Below are positions 1-11,932 of a stretch of DNA of 64,000 nt, piece by piece. Positions within the stretch are counted from its first letter, which is position 1; every line of letters begins with the position of its first letter. Below the pieces are notes generated by a model. It worked only from the letters and a program-made list of their open reading frames with translations, did not search any database and was not told where the DNA came from. The position numbers and the translations under genes were made by a program. This stretch comes from an uncultured Acidobacteriota bacterium (GTDB lineage Bacteria; Acidobacteriota; Thermoanaerobaculia; UBA5066; Gp7-AA6). The stretch lies in NCBI GenBank assembly GCA_963724465.1, contig CAVRUT010000003.1, forward strand, positions 241,658 to 305,657, given 5' to 3'.

Positions 1-141
1 CTCGTCCGCCGATGCCGCCGCCGCGTGCCAAGCATCGAGCACGCCGCCGATCGCACCCGTGGCGAAGATGCCGTCGGCGGTCTGCGCCGCCGCGGCCTGG
101 ACGAACAGCATCAACCAGAATCCGGCAATGAGACTCCTCAC
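1..141 (-). CDS. N-terminus of a hypothetical secreted or membrane protein; the gene runs off the left edge
   Basis: Minus-strand GTG preceded by GAGGGG. It encodes a signal-peptide-like N-terminus (V/M)RSLIAGFWLMLFVQAAAAQTADGIF... that continues to position 1. Confidence 0.35.
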   Translation of the reverse strand, partial: MRSLIAGFWLMLFVQAAAAQTADGIFATGAIGGVLDAWHAAAASADE

Positions 142-206
142 GCTCACCCCCTCGAGAGAACGAGCGCCGGCGATGATATCTGCGCCGGACGGGCGCTCCC
201 CGGTCC

Positions 207-1659
207 TCAGGATGCTTCGAGCGCCTCGGCGGGGGACGCGGCGGGCTCGCCGCGCGTCGCCTCGTGCTCCTTCAGATACGCCGAGGCCTTCATCATGCGC
301 TGGGTGCGCAGCAGGACGCGCGTCAGGTACGGGATCTGCGTCGGCTTGATCTGGCGCGTCCAGTCGATCCAGCGCTTCTCGCCGCTCGTGTTCAGGATCG
401 AGCGGCGCCACGTCTCGGCGTAGAGCTCGAAGAAACGCTTCGCGCCGAGGCGAGGCTCCCAGAGCACGTGGTGCATGTCGTACTTGAACCAGGGCTGACC
501 CTCGAGCGCCGGGCGCGAGCTTCTGGAAGAGCTCCGTGCCGGGCAGCGGCGTCAGGATCGTGTAGCCGGCGCGCTGGAACCCGTTCTCCGCGACGAAGTC
601 CCACAGCTCCTGGAACTGCGCCTCGTCCCAGTCGGGATCCACGAGGAAGTTCCCGGTCACGCCGTAGGCCATCGAGCGGGCGATCCGCGCGGCCTCGACC
701 GAGGAGGAGACGGACGCGTCCTTCGTGACGCTCGCCAGACCCGCGTCGGAGGCCGCCTCCAGGCCGAAGAAGATGTCGAAGTCCTTCGCGATCGGGCGCC
801 ACGCCTCGAGCAGCTCCGGGTGGCGGCACACGAGGTCGGTCCGCGTCTGCACGAGCAGCCAGCGCTTGCGGACGCCGCGGCGGACGAGGGCCTGTGCGAG
901 CTCGCGGCTCCTCTCGGGGTGGTTCCAGAAGAGGTCGTCCGCGATGAAGACGGCGTCGCCGACCGAGGCGAGGTCGTCGACGACGGCGCCGATCGAGCGC
1001 TCGCGAAACGATCGGCCGTAGAGCTGCCAGACCGAGCAGAAGTTGCAGCGGAAGGGGCAGCCGCGCGCGGTCTCGACGAGCCAGACGGGCTTGAAGAGCA
1101 GGCAGTGATAGCGGTTGCGATGCCGCTCGACGAGGTCCCGCGCGGGAATCGGCACGGCGTCGAGGCCGGTGCGCTCGTCGAGCGGCGCGCGTCGAGACCC
1201 AGCCCTCGGGCGTCCGCAGATGCAGCGCCGGGCACCTCGTCGAGCGGCCGGCCCTCCGCGAGCGCGTCCGCCGACGGCCGGCACGACCTCCTCGCCGTCG
1301 TCCACGCAGATGGCGTCGACCTCCGGGACCTGCAGGGGTCCGGGGAACGCGGCCGCCGCGTGGCCGCCGACGAGGATGAAGGCCTCCGGAGAGGCCCGCC
1401 GGACCCGCCTGGCCGTCTCGATGACGCGGTCGTACTCGAGGGCGTGCATGCAGGAGATCCCGACCAGGCCGGGACGCGCCCTGCGCGTCCAGGCCGCGAC
1501 GCTGCCGCCGAAGCGCAGGTCCACGATGGCGGGATCGTGGCCCCGCGCCCGCAGGGCGGACGCCACGTACTCGAGCCCGAGCGGCTCGACGCGGAAGAAG
1601 GGACCCAGGCCGAACCGCTCGTTGCCGGGATCGGGCCGAATGAGCAAAACGTTCATCGG
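207..1659 (-). pseudogene. B12-binding (class B) radical SAM protein, apparently broken by at least 4 frameshifts
   Basis: Translation runs MNVLLIRPDPGNERFGLGPFFRVEPLGLEYVASALRARGHD...GISCMHALEYDRV...ARGCPFRCNFCSVW (CxxxCxxC)...GYTILTPLPGTELFQKLAP, then ALEGQPWFKYDMHHVLWEP...AEALEAS. Protein-like sequence moves between frames three times within about 1195-1280 (DALAEGRPLDEVPG, then LHLRTPEGWVSTRA, then PLDERTGLDAVPIPARDLV) and once near 510-515. Confidence 0.55.
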
Positions 1660-1679
1660 GTGCAGCCCGGATTGTAGAC

Positions 1680-2700
1680 TTGAACCCCTGCATGGGAGAA
1701 ATCGAGGCGGTCAACGGCATCTCCGGCAGCCCCCAGGCGCCGCGGGGGCGAAAGAAGTGGGTCAGCCACGGCCTTTCGAACCGCATCGTGTACGGCGGCC
1801 TGCACTACGGGGCCCGCTGGCTCCCGATGGCGGCGCTGAACACGATCAACCTGGTCGGCAACAGCCTGGCGGTGACCTTCCTCACGCGCACCAAGGAGGG
1901 CATGCGGGACAACTTCAAGAGCGCGCTGGGCGTTTCGGAGGCGCGGGCCGCGGAGCTCACGCGCAAGCAGTTCTTCGAGTACGGCCGCCACACGATCGAC
2001 GTGTGGCGCCTGCGGAGCGAAGCGTTCGTCCCCCGCATCACGACCTTCAATGAGGACGCCCGCGTCCTCGCGACGAGCCGGCGCGGTGGGCGCGGCTTCC
2101 TCCTCGTGACCGGCCACGTCGGCAACTGGGAAATGGGGGCGGTGACGCTGCGCCAGCACGACCTCGTGCCGGCGGTCGTGGGCCAGGCCGAGCTCGACCC
2201 GAACGTCCAGGAGATGCGCCAGCAGCTGCGCGCGCGCCTCGGCGTCGAATCGATCGACATCGGCTCCTCGATGGCGACGGCCTTCAAGGTCCGCGCCGCC
2301 GTGGACCGAGGGCGGGCCGTCGCGCTCCTGGTGGACCGGGCCTACCCGGAGGACCGCGTCGTCGTGCCGTTCTTCGGGAAACCGACGCCCTTCCTGCGCT
2401 CGCCGGCGCTGCTCGCCCGCTTCTGCGGCTGCGACATCCTGCCGGGATTCTTCCTGCGCAACCCGGACGGGTCCTACTTCAACGTCTGGGGCCAGCCGCT
2501 CTCGGCCGACACGGCGCTCTCGCCCGACGAGGACGCCGTGCGGATCATGGCCCGCGTCGCGGCCGACCTCGAGGGCGTCGTCCGCCGTCACCCGACGCAG
2601 TGGTTCAACTTCTACAAGTTCTGGGACGTCGGGCAGGCTGCTCGGGAGCTTAGAGGCTCCCGGCTGGAGCGCCCGCGGAGTCCGGACCAGCTCCCGGGAT
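1680..2700 (+). CDS. LpxL/HtrB-family lysophospholipid (lipid A-type) acyltransferase; 3' end unresolved
   Basis: LLVTGHVGNWEM motif and FYKFWD near the C-terminus; about 316 aa of protein-like sequence to nt 2627. There is no in-frame stop until 4010 (the downstream sequence is antisense junk), so the stop has probably been lost through an indel. Alternative frames stop at about 2669 and 2758. Confidence 0.55.
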
Positions 2701-2717
2701 GGCCCGGTACTCGGAGC

Positions 2718-3908
2718 TTACGGCCGCGAGGGATGCCGCCGACGGGGCCGCTCCCATTTGCCGTACACGTAGTTCCCGCAGCAGCGCGCGCAGATGGGCA
2801 GCGGCTCCTTCGCGAGCTTGGCGCGGAACTTCTGCGCCTTCTCCCCCGTCCAGATCTCCCGGAACGGCTGCCGGCGCACGTTGCCGATGAAGTAGTCAGG
2901 AAAGTCGCCGCAGAAGGTCACCTCGCCGTCGGGCTCGACCTGCGCGAAGTACCATGCCACCGGACAGAGGTTGTGGCCGAAGGTCTGGGAGAAATCGGAG
3001 AAGTATTCGGGCACCTTTTCCGCCGGAACGTCCGGGACGAACGAGGTCCACGGCCGGCCGAGCGAAGAGTCGAGAAAGCGCCGGCGCTTCAGGCCCTTCA
3101 GAAGCTTGACGAGCTCGGCCATCTGCTGGCCCTTCGTCGCCCCGGCGGCGGACCAGTCGAAGTCGAAGCCCTTCCAGGAGGTCGCCGCGATGCCGAACTC
3201 ATCACGCATGACGCGCTCGTAGTCGGCTCCAACGTTCTCGGGCACGAACCACCGCAACCCGACGTTGATCGTGTCGAGCGGCAGCTCGCGCAGCGCCTCG
3301 AGGGCCGGGGCGATCGCGTCCATGTTGAGCTCCGTGATCGGCAGGATCGCGATCTGCATCGGGAGTGCCTTCTTCAACTCCCTCTGCCAGCGCGCTACGG
3401 CCCGGACACCGGCCGCCGCCTTCTCGAAGCTGTCCGAGCGACCCCGGATCCGGTTGTGGACCTCGGGCGGCCCGTCGATCGAGACGGCGACCGAATCGAT
3501 CCCGATCTCGACGAGGTCTCGGGCGAGCGCCTCGAGCCTGCCGCCGTTCGTGATCACCGTGCAGGTCAGGCCCCTCGCCTTGACCTCACGGATCAGGGGA
3601 ATGATGTCGGGATAGAGAAACGGCTCGCCGCCGAAGAGGCTGATGATCGGCCGCGAGGGCGCGAGCTCGTCGAGCAGGCGCACGTAGTCCGGCAGCGCCA
3701 GCTGGCGCTTTGCCCCGATGAGCTCCTGGATCCGCGCCCGCTCGAGCGCCCCGTCGGTCGCGTCGGCACCGGACTGGGAGCGAAAGATGCCGGTGTCGCC
3801 CCACTGGCCGCACATCTTGCAGCGCAGGTTGCAGAGGTTCGTGACGCGCAGCTGCACGAACGTCGGCATCGGCACGTTGTCAGCGCGCGGGTCCTCGAGG
3901 TGCGCCAT
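2718..3908 (-). CDS. Radical SAM enzyme with a Cys-rich SPASM/twitch-like C-terminal domain
   Basis: VTNLCNLRCKMCGQWG (CxxxCxxC), then ...CPVAWYF...FCGDF...ICARCCGNY near the C-terminus. The likely start is MAHLEDP; an upstream Met at 3932 is also possible. Confidence 0.7.
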   Translation of the reverse strand: MAHLEDPRADNVPMPTFVQLRVTNLCNLRCKMCGQWGDTGIFRSQSGADATDGALERARIQELIGAKRQLALPDYVRLLDELAPSRPIISLFGGEPFLYPDIIPLIREVKARGLTCTVITNGGRLEALARDLVEIGIDSVAVSIDGPPEVHNRIRGRSDSFEKAAAGVRAVARWQRELKKALPMQIAILPITELNMDAIAPALEALRELPLDTINVGLRWFVPENVGADYERVMRDEFGIAATSWKGFDFDWSAAGATKGQQMAELVKLLKGLKRRRFLDSSLGRPWTSFVPDVPAEKVPEYFSDFSQTFGHNLCPVAWYFAQVEPDGEVTFCGDFPDYFIGNVRRQPFREIWTGEKAQKFRAKLAKEPLPICARCCGNYVYGKWERPRRRHPSRP

Positions 3909-3985
3909 CACGGCTCGGCGCCCCTGGCCCATGCGCCCGAGGTGCCGCCGAGCGAAGCCCGCCAGCTGCAGTCCGCGGCGGAAGC

Positions 3986-5418
3986 TCAACCGGGCTCCTC
4001 GCGACTGTAGAGGTCGATGACAGCCGAAAGCGCGGCCCGGCACACGGCGCAGAAGGGGACCTCGTCACGCGTGAACATGATGCAGTCCTCCTGCGGGCGG
4101 TAGTAACCCTTCGCCTCGTACATCGCACCCTCGAAGGCGCCGACCTTTCCCGAGAAGGCATCGGTCCCGAGGAGGCTTCGTCTCGAAGGCCTGCTCTTCG
4201 CGGAAGAGCGCGTCGATGTCCTCTTCGGGGCGATTCTCGGCGCGGAGCTTGCGCCGCCTTTCCTGGGCCTCCCGGGACGCCTTTTCGAACTCTTCCTTCT
4301 TCCACGGCGTCGGGATCGGCGTCCCCGGAGTCGCGAGGTCTCTTCCATTTGAGGTTCTTCGGGTCCAGGAGCGCGGTTGCGTTGGGCTCCCAGGGCTCGA
4401 CGCGGTCGGCGGGCGCCGGCCCGTAGGCCACCGCGGACGTGAAGTACTCGTCGGCGAGCCCGGCAAAGTGGTGGCCGAACTCGTGCACGAAGACGTAGGG
4501 CGCCCACACACTGTCCGCCGCGACCGTGGAGTACTGCCCGAAGATTCCGCCCCCGCCGTACGTCTTCGAGTTCGTCAGGATCTCGACGAACTCGTATGGC
4601 GCGAAGGAAGCGGCATCGCGAAACGACCGGTTCTCGAACGTCAGCACGTAGCGCTCGACGCCGAAGGCGTCGTAAGTAGCGCCGACGCGCGAGCGCCGGT
4701 GCACGCCCGTCGAGGGACGCGAGATCCCGGACAGCTCGGTCGGAGGGCAGAGCCCCCAGACGTTGAAATCCGAGCGCCGCTCCTTGAAGGGCGAGACCGA
4801 GAAGAGAATCTCCGTCAGCCGCCGCGCGTCCTTCTCGAATTTTCCGCGCTCGGTCGCAGTGTAGCCGTCGCCCAGGATCAGGAAATCCACCTTGTCGGCC
4901 GGATCGCCCGCCTTCTGGATCTCGAAAAGCGGGCCCGGCGAGGGCGGCGGAGCGGTGTCGATGAAGACGTCTTTCGGGTCGAGGACGAGGCTCCAGACCT
5001 CGCGGAAGGCATTGGCGGCGTCGCGCTTTTTCAGGACGATCTGAACCGGCGCCTCGGGCGCGGGAAAGCGCAACGACTCCGAAAAGGTCCGCCGCACCGT
5101 CTTCGCCTCCCCCGTCGTCTCCCACTCGCCGTACACCGAGGCGAAACCCCTCGAATAGAGGACCCGGTTGGTCTTCCGGTCCACCACCTCGAAGAAGTAC
5201 TTCCCGAGGTTCGTGTCGTCCACCGACCGGCGGGGATTGCCGGGCCAGGGCAGCGGCTCCAGGACCACCCGGTCGAGGCTGAAGACCTCCTCGGCGGCGT
5301 TCCCGGTGTGAAAATAGTCCACCCGCAGCGTGCGGGGGGCCGTCGGGGACGCCCCGGAAACGGTCGCGGCGGCGAGCAAGACGGTTCCCAACATGAACCC
5401 ACTGGGGTTTTTGGCCAT
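3986..5418 (-). pseudogene. Secreted M64-family (IgA-peptidase-like) zinc metallopeptidase with 2 apparent +1 frameshifts
   Basis: Signal peptide MAKNPSGFMLGTVLLAAATVSGA; HEFGHHFAGLADEY zinc motif. The protein-like sequence continues in a second frame after ...LDPKNLKWK (DLATPGTPIPTPWKKEEFEK...) near 4340, and in a third frame (LLGTDAFSGKVGAFEGAMYEAKGYYRPQEDCIMFTRDEVPFCAVCRAALSAVIDLYSREEPG) from about 4175. Confidence 0.6.
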
Positions 5419-5465
5419 GAACCCGTATCCTAACGCTCCCGTATGACCCATTGGAGGAACCGTTC

Positions 5466-6413
5466 ATGATCCACGACAACATCCTCGGCACGATCGGCAA
5501 CACCCCGGTCGTCAAGATCCACCGCCTCGCCCCTCAGGGCGTCACGATGTACGTCAAGTGCGAGGCCTTCAACCCGCTCTCCTCGGTCAAGGACCGGCTC
5601 GCGATCGCCATCATCGAGGACGCGGAGCGGCGCGGAGAGTTGAAGCCCGGCCAGACGGTCGTCGAGGCGACCTCCGGGAACACGGGCATCGCGCTGGCGA
5701 TGGTCTGCGCGGTCAAGGGCTATCCCTTCGTCGCGCTCATGTCGGACAGCTTCTCGGTCGAGCGGCGCAAGCTCATGCGGATCCTCGGCGCGAAGGTCCT
5801 CCTGTGGCCCGCGGCCGAGCGCGCGACCGGAATGGTCAAGCGGGCCGAGGAACTCGCCAAGAAGAATGGCTGGTTTCTCGCGCGCCAGTTCGAGAACCCG
5901 GCAAACCCCGAGTACCACCGACAGACGACCGGGCCCGAGATCCTGCGCGACTTCGCGGGAAAGCGCCTCGACTACTGGGTCACGGGCTACGGCACGGGCG
6001 GCACGCTGACGGGCGCCGGCGAGATGATCAAGAAAGCGCGCCCCGAAACGAAGGTCGTCGTGACCGAGCCGGAGGGCGCGGCGCTGCTCTCCGGCAAGGA
6101 GTGGACGCCGCACAAGATCCAGGGCTGGACGCCCAACTTCATTCCGGCCGTTCTCTCGCGCGACGTGTACGACGAGATCGTCACGGTCACCGACCTCGAG
6201 TCCCGCGACGCCGCCCGGGAGCTCGCGGCGAAGGAAGGCATCTTCTGCGGGGTCTCCTCCGGGGGCACGTTCGCCGCCGCGCGCAAGGTCGCCGCGAAGG
6301 CGCCGAAGGGCTCGGTCATCCTGGCGATGCTGCCCGACACGGGCGAGCGCTACCTCTCGACGTTCCTCTTCGAGGGCATCAACGAGGGATCGGACGAGGT
6401 GGCGGGGGCGTAG
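5466..6413 (+). CDS. cysK: Cysteine synthase A (O-acetylserine sulfhydrylase)
   Basis: MIHDNILGTIGNTPVVKI...SVKDR...TSGNTGIALA PLP-enzyme signature. GGAGGAA ribosome-binding site 8 nt upstream of ATG. Confidence 0.85.
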   Translation: MIHDNILGTIGNTPVVKIHRLAPQGVTMYVKCEAFNPLSSVKDRLAIAIIEDAERRGELKPGQTVVEATSGNTGIALAMVCAVKGYPFVALMSDSFSVERRKLMRILGAKVLLWPAAERATGMVKRAEELAKKNGWFLARQFENPANPEYHRQTTGPEILRDFAGKRLDYWVTGYGTGGTLTGAGEMIKKARPETKVVVTEPEGAALLSGKEWTPHKIQGWTPNFIPAVLSRDVYDEIVTVTDLESRDAARELAAKEGIFCGVSSGGTFAAARKVAAKAPKGSVILAMLPDTGERYLSTFLFEGINEGSDEVAGA

Positions 6414-6437
6414 CGCGAAGCGCGGCAGCCTCGCGGG

Positions 6438-6989
6438 TCAGTTGACGCGGCGAATGTCGGTCAGCTGGCCCGGGTCTCCGTCGTACTGGGCGACGCTCAC
6501 GTGCCCGCCGTCGTCGACCGACAGGGCGGCCCGCGTGTAGATGACCCCGTCTCCGCTCATGAAGTCCGTCGCGTCGAACCCGAACACGGCGAAGGGATAA
6601 TTCAACGATTCGCCGCCGTCCTGGTCGGCCTCGCCGGTCTTGATCGGTCGCGCCGTCACGATGAAGTAGCGCCAACCGTCCTCGATCTTCTCGGCCACCA
6701 CGAGGTCGACCGGATAGACCAGCGCGCCGAGCTTGATCTGGCCCTGACCGCCGCCCCGGATCGCGTTCAAGAGCGCCTGCTGTCCGCCCTGCGCGAGGAC
6801 CTTCTTCAGCGGCTGGACGTCGGCGAGGCTCCTCGGGTTCGAGACCACGACGTCGAAGGCCATGCTCCGCGTGCCCGACGCGGTATTTATGGACGCCATG
6901 GCCGAAAACTCGCCGGCCGCCTTCTTGTCTCCGGCGAGGGCCGCGGCGGCCCAGAACGCAACGACGACCCCCATGAGGGTTCGCTTCAT
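6438..6989 (-). CDS. Hypothetical secreted protein
   Basis: Signal peptide MKRTLMGVVVAFWAAAALAG and balanced amino-acid composition. No recognisable family. Confidence 0.45.
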   Translation of the reverse strand: MKRTLMGVVVAFWAAAALAGDKKAAGEFSAMASINTASGTRSMAFDVVVSNPRSLADVQPLKKVLAQGGQQALLNAIRGGGQGQIKLGALVYPVDLVVAEKIEDGWRYFIVTARPIKTGEADQDGGESLNYPFAVFGFDATDFMSGDGVIYTRAALSVDDGGHVSVAQYDGDPGQLTDIRRVN

Positions 6990-7061
6990 GCGAGTACTCT
7001 ACACCTCGCCTCACGGGCCGTTCGGCGGCACCGACGACGAGGGCCCTCGGAATGCAGGAAG

Positions 7062-8954
7062 TCAGCGACGGGCGACGAGGGGCTCGCCGGGCGCCGTCTC
7101 GGCCGCGATTTCCCGCGCCTCTTCCCCGGGCGTCATCCCCCGCTCGAGCCAGAGGTGCTCGCCGTCGAGAACGCGCATCGCCGTACCGTATTTCGCGACG
7201 TCGTCGTTGCCCCGCATGGCGCGGAAGTGAGAGGCGATCCGGCGGCGCGTCGTGCGGCAGAACATGTCGGCGAGCTCCGCGGCCTGCGGCGCCTCGGGCG
7301 CGTCGGAGCGGCGCAGTCCGTCCGCCCGCGAGAGCGCGGCCGCCATCGCGAAGAGGTCGGCCCCCACGTCCACCGCCCGGAACAGGAGCGCCTGTCTCTT
7401 CTCGAGCTTCGGGCCGTGGACGAGCATCAGGTGGAACAGCGTGCGAGCGAGCCTGCGCGTGGTCCGGTCCACGAAGCGGACGTGCCCGGAGAGCGGACCG
7501 AACGCGGCAAAGCGCGGCCACCGCCCCCAGCCGAACCACCGGGACGGATACCACCAGACGTAGTGCGCGGCCATCCGCGGCAGCGCCGAGAGCCTCTTGC
7601 CGAGGGGCGCCTTCGGGTCGGCGAAGGCCCCCGCGATCCCGAGATGCCGGTCCACGGCCTCCCGCGCGATGAAGAGCCTCATGATCTCCGACGAGCCCTC
7701 GAAGATGAGGTTGATCCGGAAGTCGCGCATCATGCGCTCGACCGGGATCGGGGCCTCGCCCCGGGCGCGCAGGGAGTCGGCGGTTTCGTAGCCGCGGCCT
7801 CCCCGGATCTGCATCGTCCGGTCGACGATCTTCCAGCCTTCCTCGGAGTTCCACATCTTCGCCACGGCCGCCTCGAGACGGATGTCCCGGTCGCCCGCGT
7901 CCGCCATCGAGGAGGCGAGGTCCGTCACCGCTTCCATCGCGAACGTCGTGGCGGCCATCTCGGCCAGCAGCTGCGCGATCGCGTCGTGGCGGCCGACCGG
8001 CTCCCCCCACTGCACCCGCTCGTTCGACCACGTCCGGCAGATCTCGAGGCAGCGCTTGCCGAGCACGGCGCACGAGGCCGGAAGCGTCAGGCGCCCGGTG
8101 TTCAACGTTATGAGCGCGAGCTTCAGGCCCTTGCCCTCGCCCCAGAGGAGGTTTTCCTTCGGAACGCGGACGTTGCGGAAGCGCAGGACGCCGTTCTCGA
8201 TCGCCTTCAGGCCCATGAAGTGGCAACGATCGCCGACCTCGACGCCGGGCCAGGCCTTCTCGACGATGAACGCGGAGATCTTCTTCGTGTCCGGGTGACG
8301 CGCCATGACGACGAAGAGGTTCGCGACCGTCCCGTTCGTGCACCAGAGCTTCTCGCCGTTCAGGACGTAGTCGCCCTCGGGCGTGCGGACCGCGGTCGTC
8401 GCGAGGCTCGAAGGGTCCGAGCCCACCTGCGGCTCGGTCAGGGCGAAGGCCGAGATCTCGCCCCGGGCCAGGCGCGGCAGGTACTTCATCTTCTGCTCCG
8501 CCGTGCCGAAGGTCTTCAGGGGCTGCGGCACGCCGATCGACTGGTGGGCGGACAGCAGCACGATCAGGTTCGCGTCGCGGCTGGTGATGAGCTTGATCGC
8601 TTCGCCGTACTCGCGCTGCGTGAAGCCGAGGCCGCCGTACTCCTTCGGGATCTTCATGCCGAAGGCGCCGAGCTCCGCCAGCCGCTGAACGATCCGCGGC
8701 GGCACCTTGCCCTCGCGGTCGATGGCGTCGGGGTCCACCTCCTCCGCGAGGAAACGCTCGAGCCTGGCCATGAACTCGCGGAACTCCGCCCGCTCGGGCG
8801 GAGGCTGCGGATACGGGTGGACGAGGTCGAGGCGGAAGTTGCCGAGGAAGATCTGCTTCAGGAAGGACGGCGCCTTCCACTCGGTCTCACGCGCCTCCTC
8901 GGCGACCCGGCGCGCCTCGGCCGCGCTGAGGGGCTTGACGTTCGAATCGGCCAT
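7062..8954 (-). CDS. Long-form acyl-CoA dehydrogenase
   Basis: ACAD motifs ([22 protein letters not shown]) followed by a C-terminal extension. Start taken at MADSNVKP. Confidence 0.75.
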   Translation of the reverse strand: MADSNVKPLSAAEARRVAEEARETEWKAPSFLKQIFLGNFRLDLVHPYPQPPPERAEFREFMARLERFLAEEVDPDAIDREGKVPPRIVQRLAELGAFGMKIPKEYGGLGFTQREYGEAIKLITSRDANLIVLLSAHQSIGVPQPLKTFGTAEQKMKYLPRLARGEISAFALTEPQVGSDPSSLATTAVRTPEGDYVLNGEKLWCTNGTVANLFVVMARHPDTKKISAFIVEKAWPGVEVGDRCHFMGLKAIENGVLRFRNVRVPKENLLWGEGKGLKLALITLNTGRLTLPASCAVLGKRCLEICRTWSNERVQWGEPVGRHDAIAQLLAEMAATTFAMEAVTDLASSMADAGDRDIRLEAAVAKMWNSEEGWKIVDRTMQIRGGRGYETADSLRARGEAPIPVERMMRDFRINLIFEGSSEIMRLFIAREAVDRHLGIAGAFADPKAPLGKRLSALPRMAAHYVWWYPSRWFGWGRWPRFAAFGPLSGHVRFVDRTTRRLARTLFHLMLVHGPKLEKRQALLFRAVDVGADLFAMAAALSRADGLRRSDAPEAPQAAELADMFCRTTRRRIASHFRAMRGNDDVAKYGTAMRVLDGEHLWLERGMTPGEEAREIAAETAPGEPLVARR

Positions 8955-9018
8955 GGAACCAAGAAGATTACAACAGGAGCCTCGCCCCGAGGCGCGCCGT
9001 CTATAGTAAACGGCCGCC

Positions 9019-9756
9019 GTGACGAACAAGTACCTCTCCTACGACGCCGAGCGCGCACCGCGTGTGCGCGCGATGTTCTCGCGCCTGGCGTGGAGGTACG
9101 ACCTCGTCAACGACATCATGAGCTTCGGCCTGCACCGGCGCTGGAAGCGGCAGACGGTCGCCCTGGCCCTGGCCGGGGCCGGCCCGGGACGCCGGCCCCG
9201 CGTGCTGGACCTCTGCTGCGGCAGCGGAGACCTGTGCTTTCTGGCCGAGGACGGCGGGGCCGGAGCGGTCGTCGGCGCCGACTTCACCCTGCCGATGCTC
9301 GCGGTCGCGCGCCGACGCCGCGCGCGGGGACGGAGCCGCAGCGCCTTCGTACAGGCCGACGCCCTGAAGCTCCCCTTCGCCGACGGGGCGTTCGACGCCG
9401 TGACGATCTCCTACGGCCTGCGCAACATCGCCGACCTCGAGGCCGCCCTGTCCGAGATGCGCCGCGTGCTCGCCCCCGGCGGCCAGGTTGTCGTCCTCGA
9501 CTTTGGAAAGCCGGACAACGCGCTGGCCGCCGCTCTCTACCGCGCGTTCCTCCACACCATGATGCCGGCCGTGGGCTGGCTCTTCCACGGTGACCCGGAG
9601 ACCTACCTCTACATCCCGGAGTCGCTCGAGCGGTTTCCGGCGCAGCGCGGCGTCGAGAAGATGATGCGCGCGGCGGGGTTTTCGAACGTCCGTTACGAAA
9701 ATCGATTGCTCGGCACGATGGGAATCAACGTCGGAGAGGCCCCTCGCTTGCTGTAG
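9019..9756 (+). CDS. ubiE: Demethylmenaquinone/ubiquinone C-methyltransferase
   Basis: [26 protein letters not shown]...[14 protein letters not shown]-methyltransferase motifs. Confidence 0.75.
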   Translation: MTNKYLSYDAERAPRVRAMFSRLAWRYDLVNDIMSFGLHRRWKRQTVALALAGAGPGRRPRVLDLCCGSGDLCFLAEDGGAGAVVGADFTLPMLAVARRRRARGRSRSAFVQADALKLPFADGAFDAVTISYGLRNIADLEAALSEMRRVLAPGGQVVVLDFGKPDNALAAALYRAFLHTMMPAVGWLFHGDPETYLYIPESLERFPAQRGVEKMMRAAGFSNVRYENRLLGTMGINVGEAPRLL

Positions 9757-9770
9757 ACTCCCCCGTTCTT

Positions 9771-11453
<1,683 letters not shown>

Positions 11454-11458
11454 GTTGC

Positions 11459-11492
11459 CTGGCGGAGGCTACGCTCCGCCTGTCACTTTCTT
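11459..11492. terminator. Putative intrinsic terminator between the convergent ettA and DUF883-like genes
   Basis: GGCGGAG-gctacg-CTCCGCC hairpin followed by the T-rich tgtcactttcttcc. Confidence 0.35.
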
Positions 11493-11896
11493 CCGACCAG
11501 CGCCACCCCGATCCCCACGACGGCGAGGATGCCGAGCGCGTGGACGAGGCGGAAGCGGCGTCGTCGTGGGCGCACGCGCCCCATCCAGTCGTCGGCGAGC
11601 GAGGAGCCCTTCTCGGTGAGGGTTTCGAGCAGCTCCGCGCCGTGCTTGCGCAGGTCTTCGTAGAGGTCGGAGCCGCGGTCGGAGAGCTCGTCCTTGAGCT
11701 CGTCGAGCTCGGGCCGGCTCTTCTTGAGGCCCTTCGCCAGGCTTTCCTTCGCCTCGGCGTAGAAGCGGTCCGTGTCGAACTTGCCGCCCCGGCGCAGACT
11801 CTCGATGGCGATCGGAAGAGCCACCTTCGTGACGAGCGGGACGACGAGCGGGCCGAGCGCCTGGGCGGTCGTGCGGGAGAGGCTCTTGCGGGACAT
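11483..11896 (-). CDS. DUF883-like (ElaB/YqjD-type) C-tail-anchored membrane protein
   Basis: Charged N-terminal region and a C-terminal hydrophobic anchor ...RFRLVHALGILAVVGIGVALVGRK. Confidence 0.4.
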   Translation of the reverse strand: MSRKSLSRTTAQALGPLVVPLVTKVALPIAIESLRRGGKFDTDRFYAEAKESLAKGLKKSRPELDELKDELSDRGSDLYEDLRKHGAELLETLTEKGSSLADDWMGRVRPRRRRFRLVHALGILAVVGIGVALVGRK

Positions 11897-11932
11897 GTTA
11901 CCTCCGGACGCATGAGTTTACAGTAGACACCG

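Noticed and set aside
392-1786. Long Arg/Gly/Pro-rich ORFs in the six-frame track (for example 392-1786, 820-1677, 1115-2053, 1653-2591)
   Set aside because: Their composition is typical of off-frame or antisense translation in 70% GC DNA, and they overlap genes with clear family motifs.
6379-9593. 833-aa and 1030-aa ORFs antisense to the acyl-CoA dehydrogenase and ubiE genes
   Set aside because: Arg/Pro/Gly-rich low-complexity sequence with no domains. The sense-strand genes are well supported.
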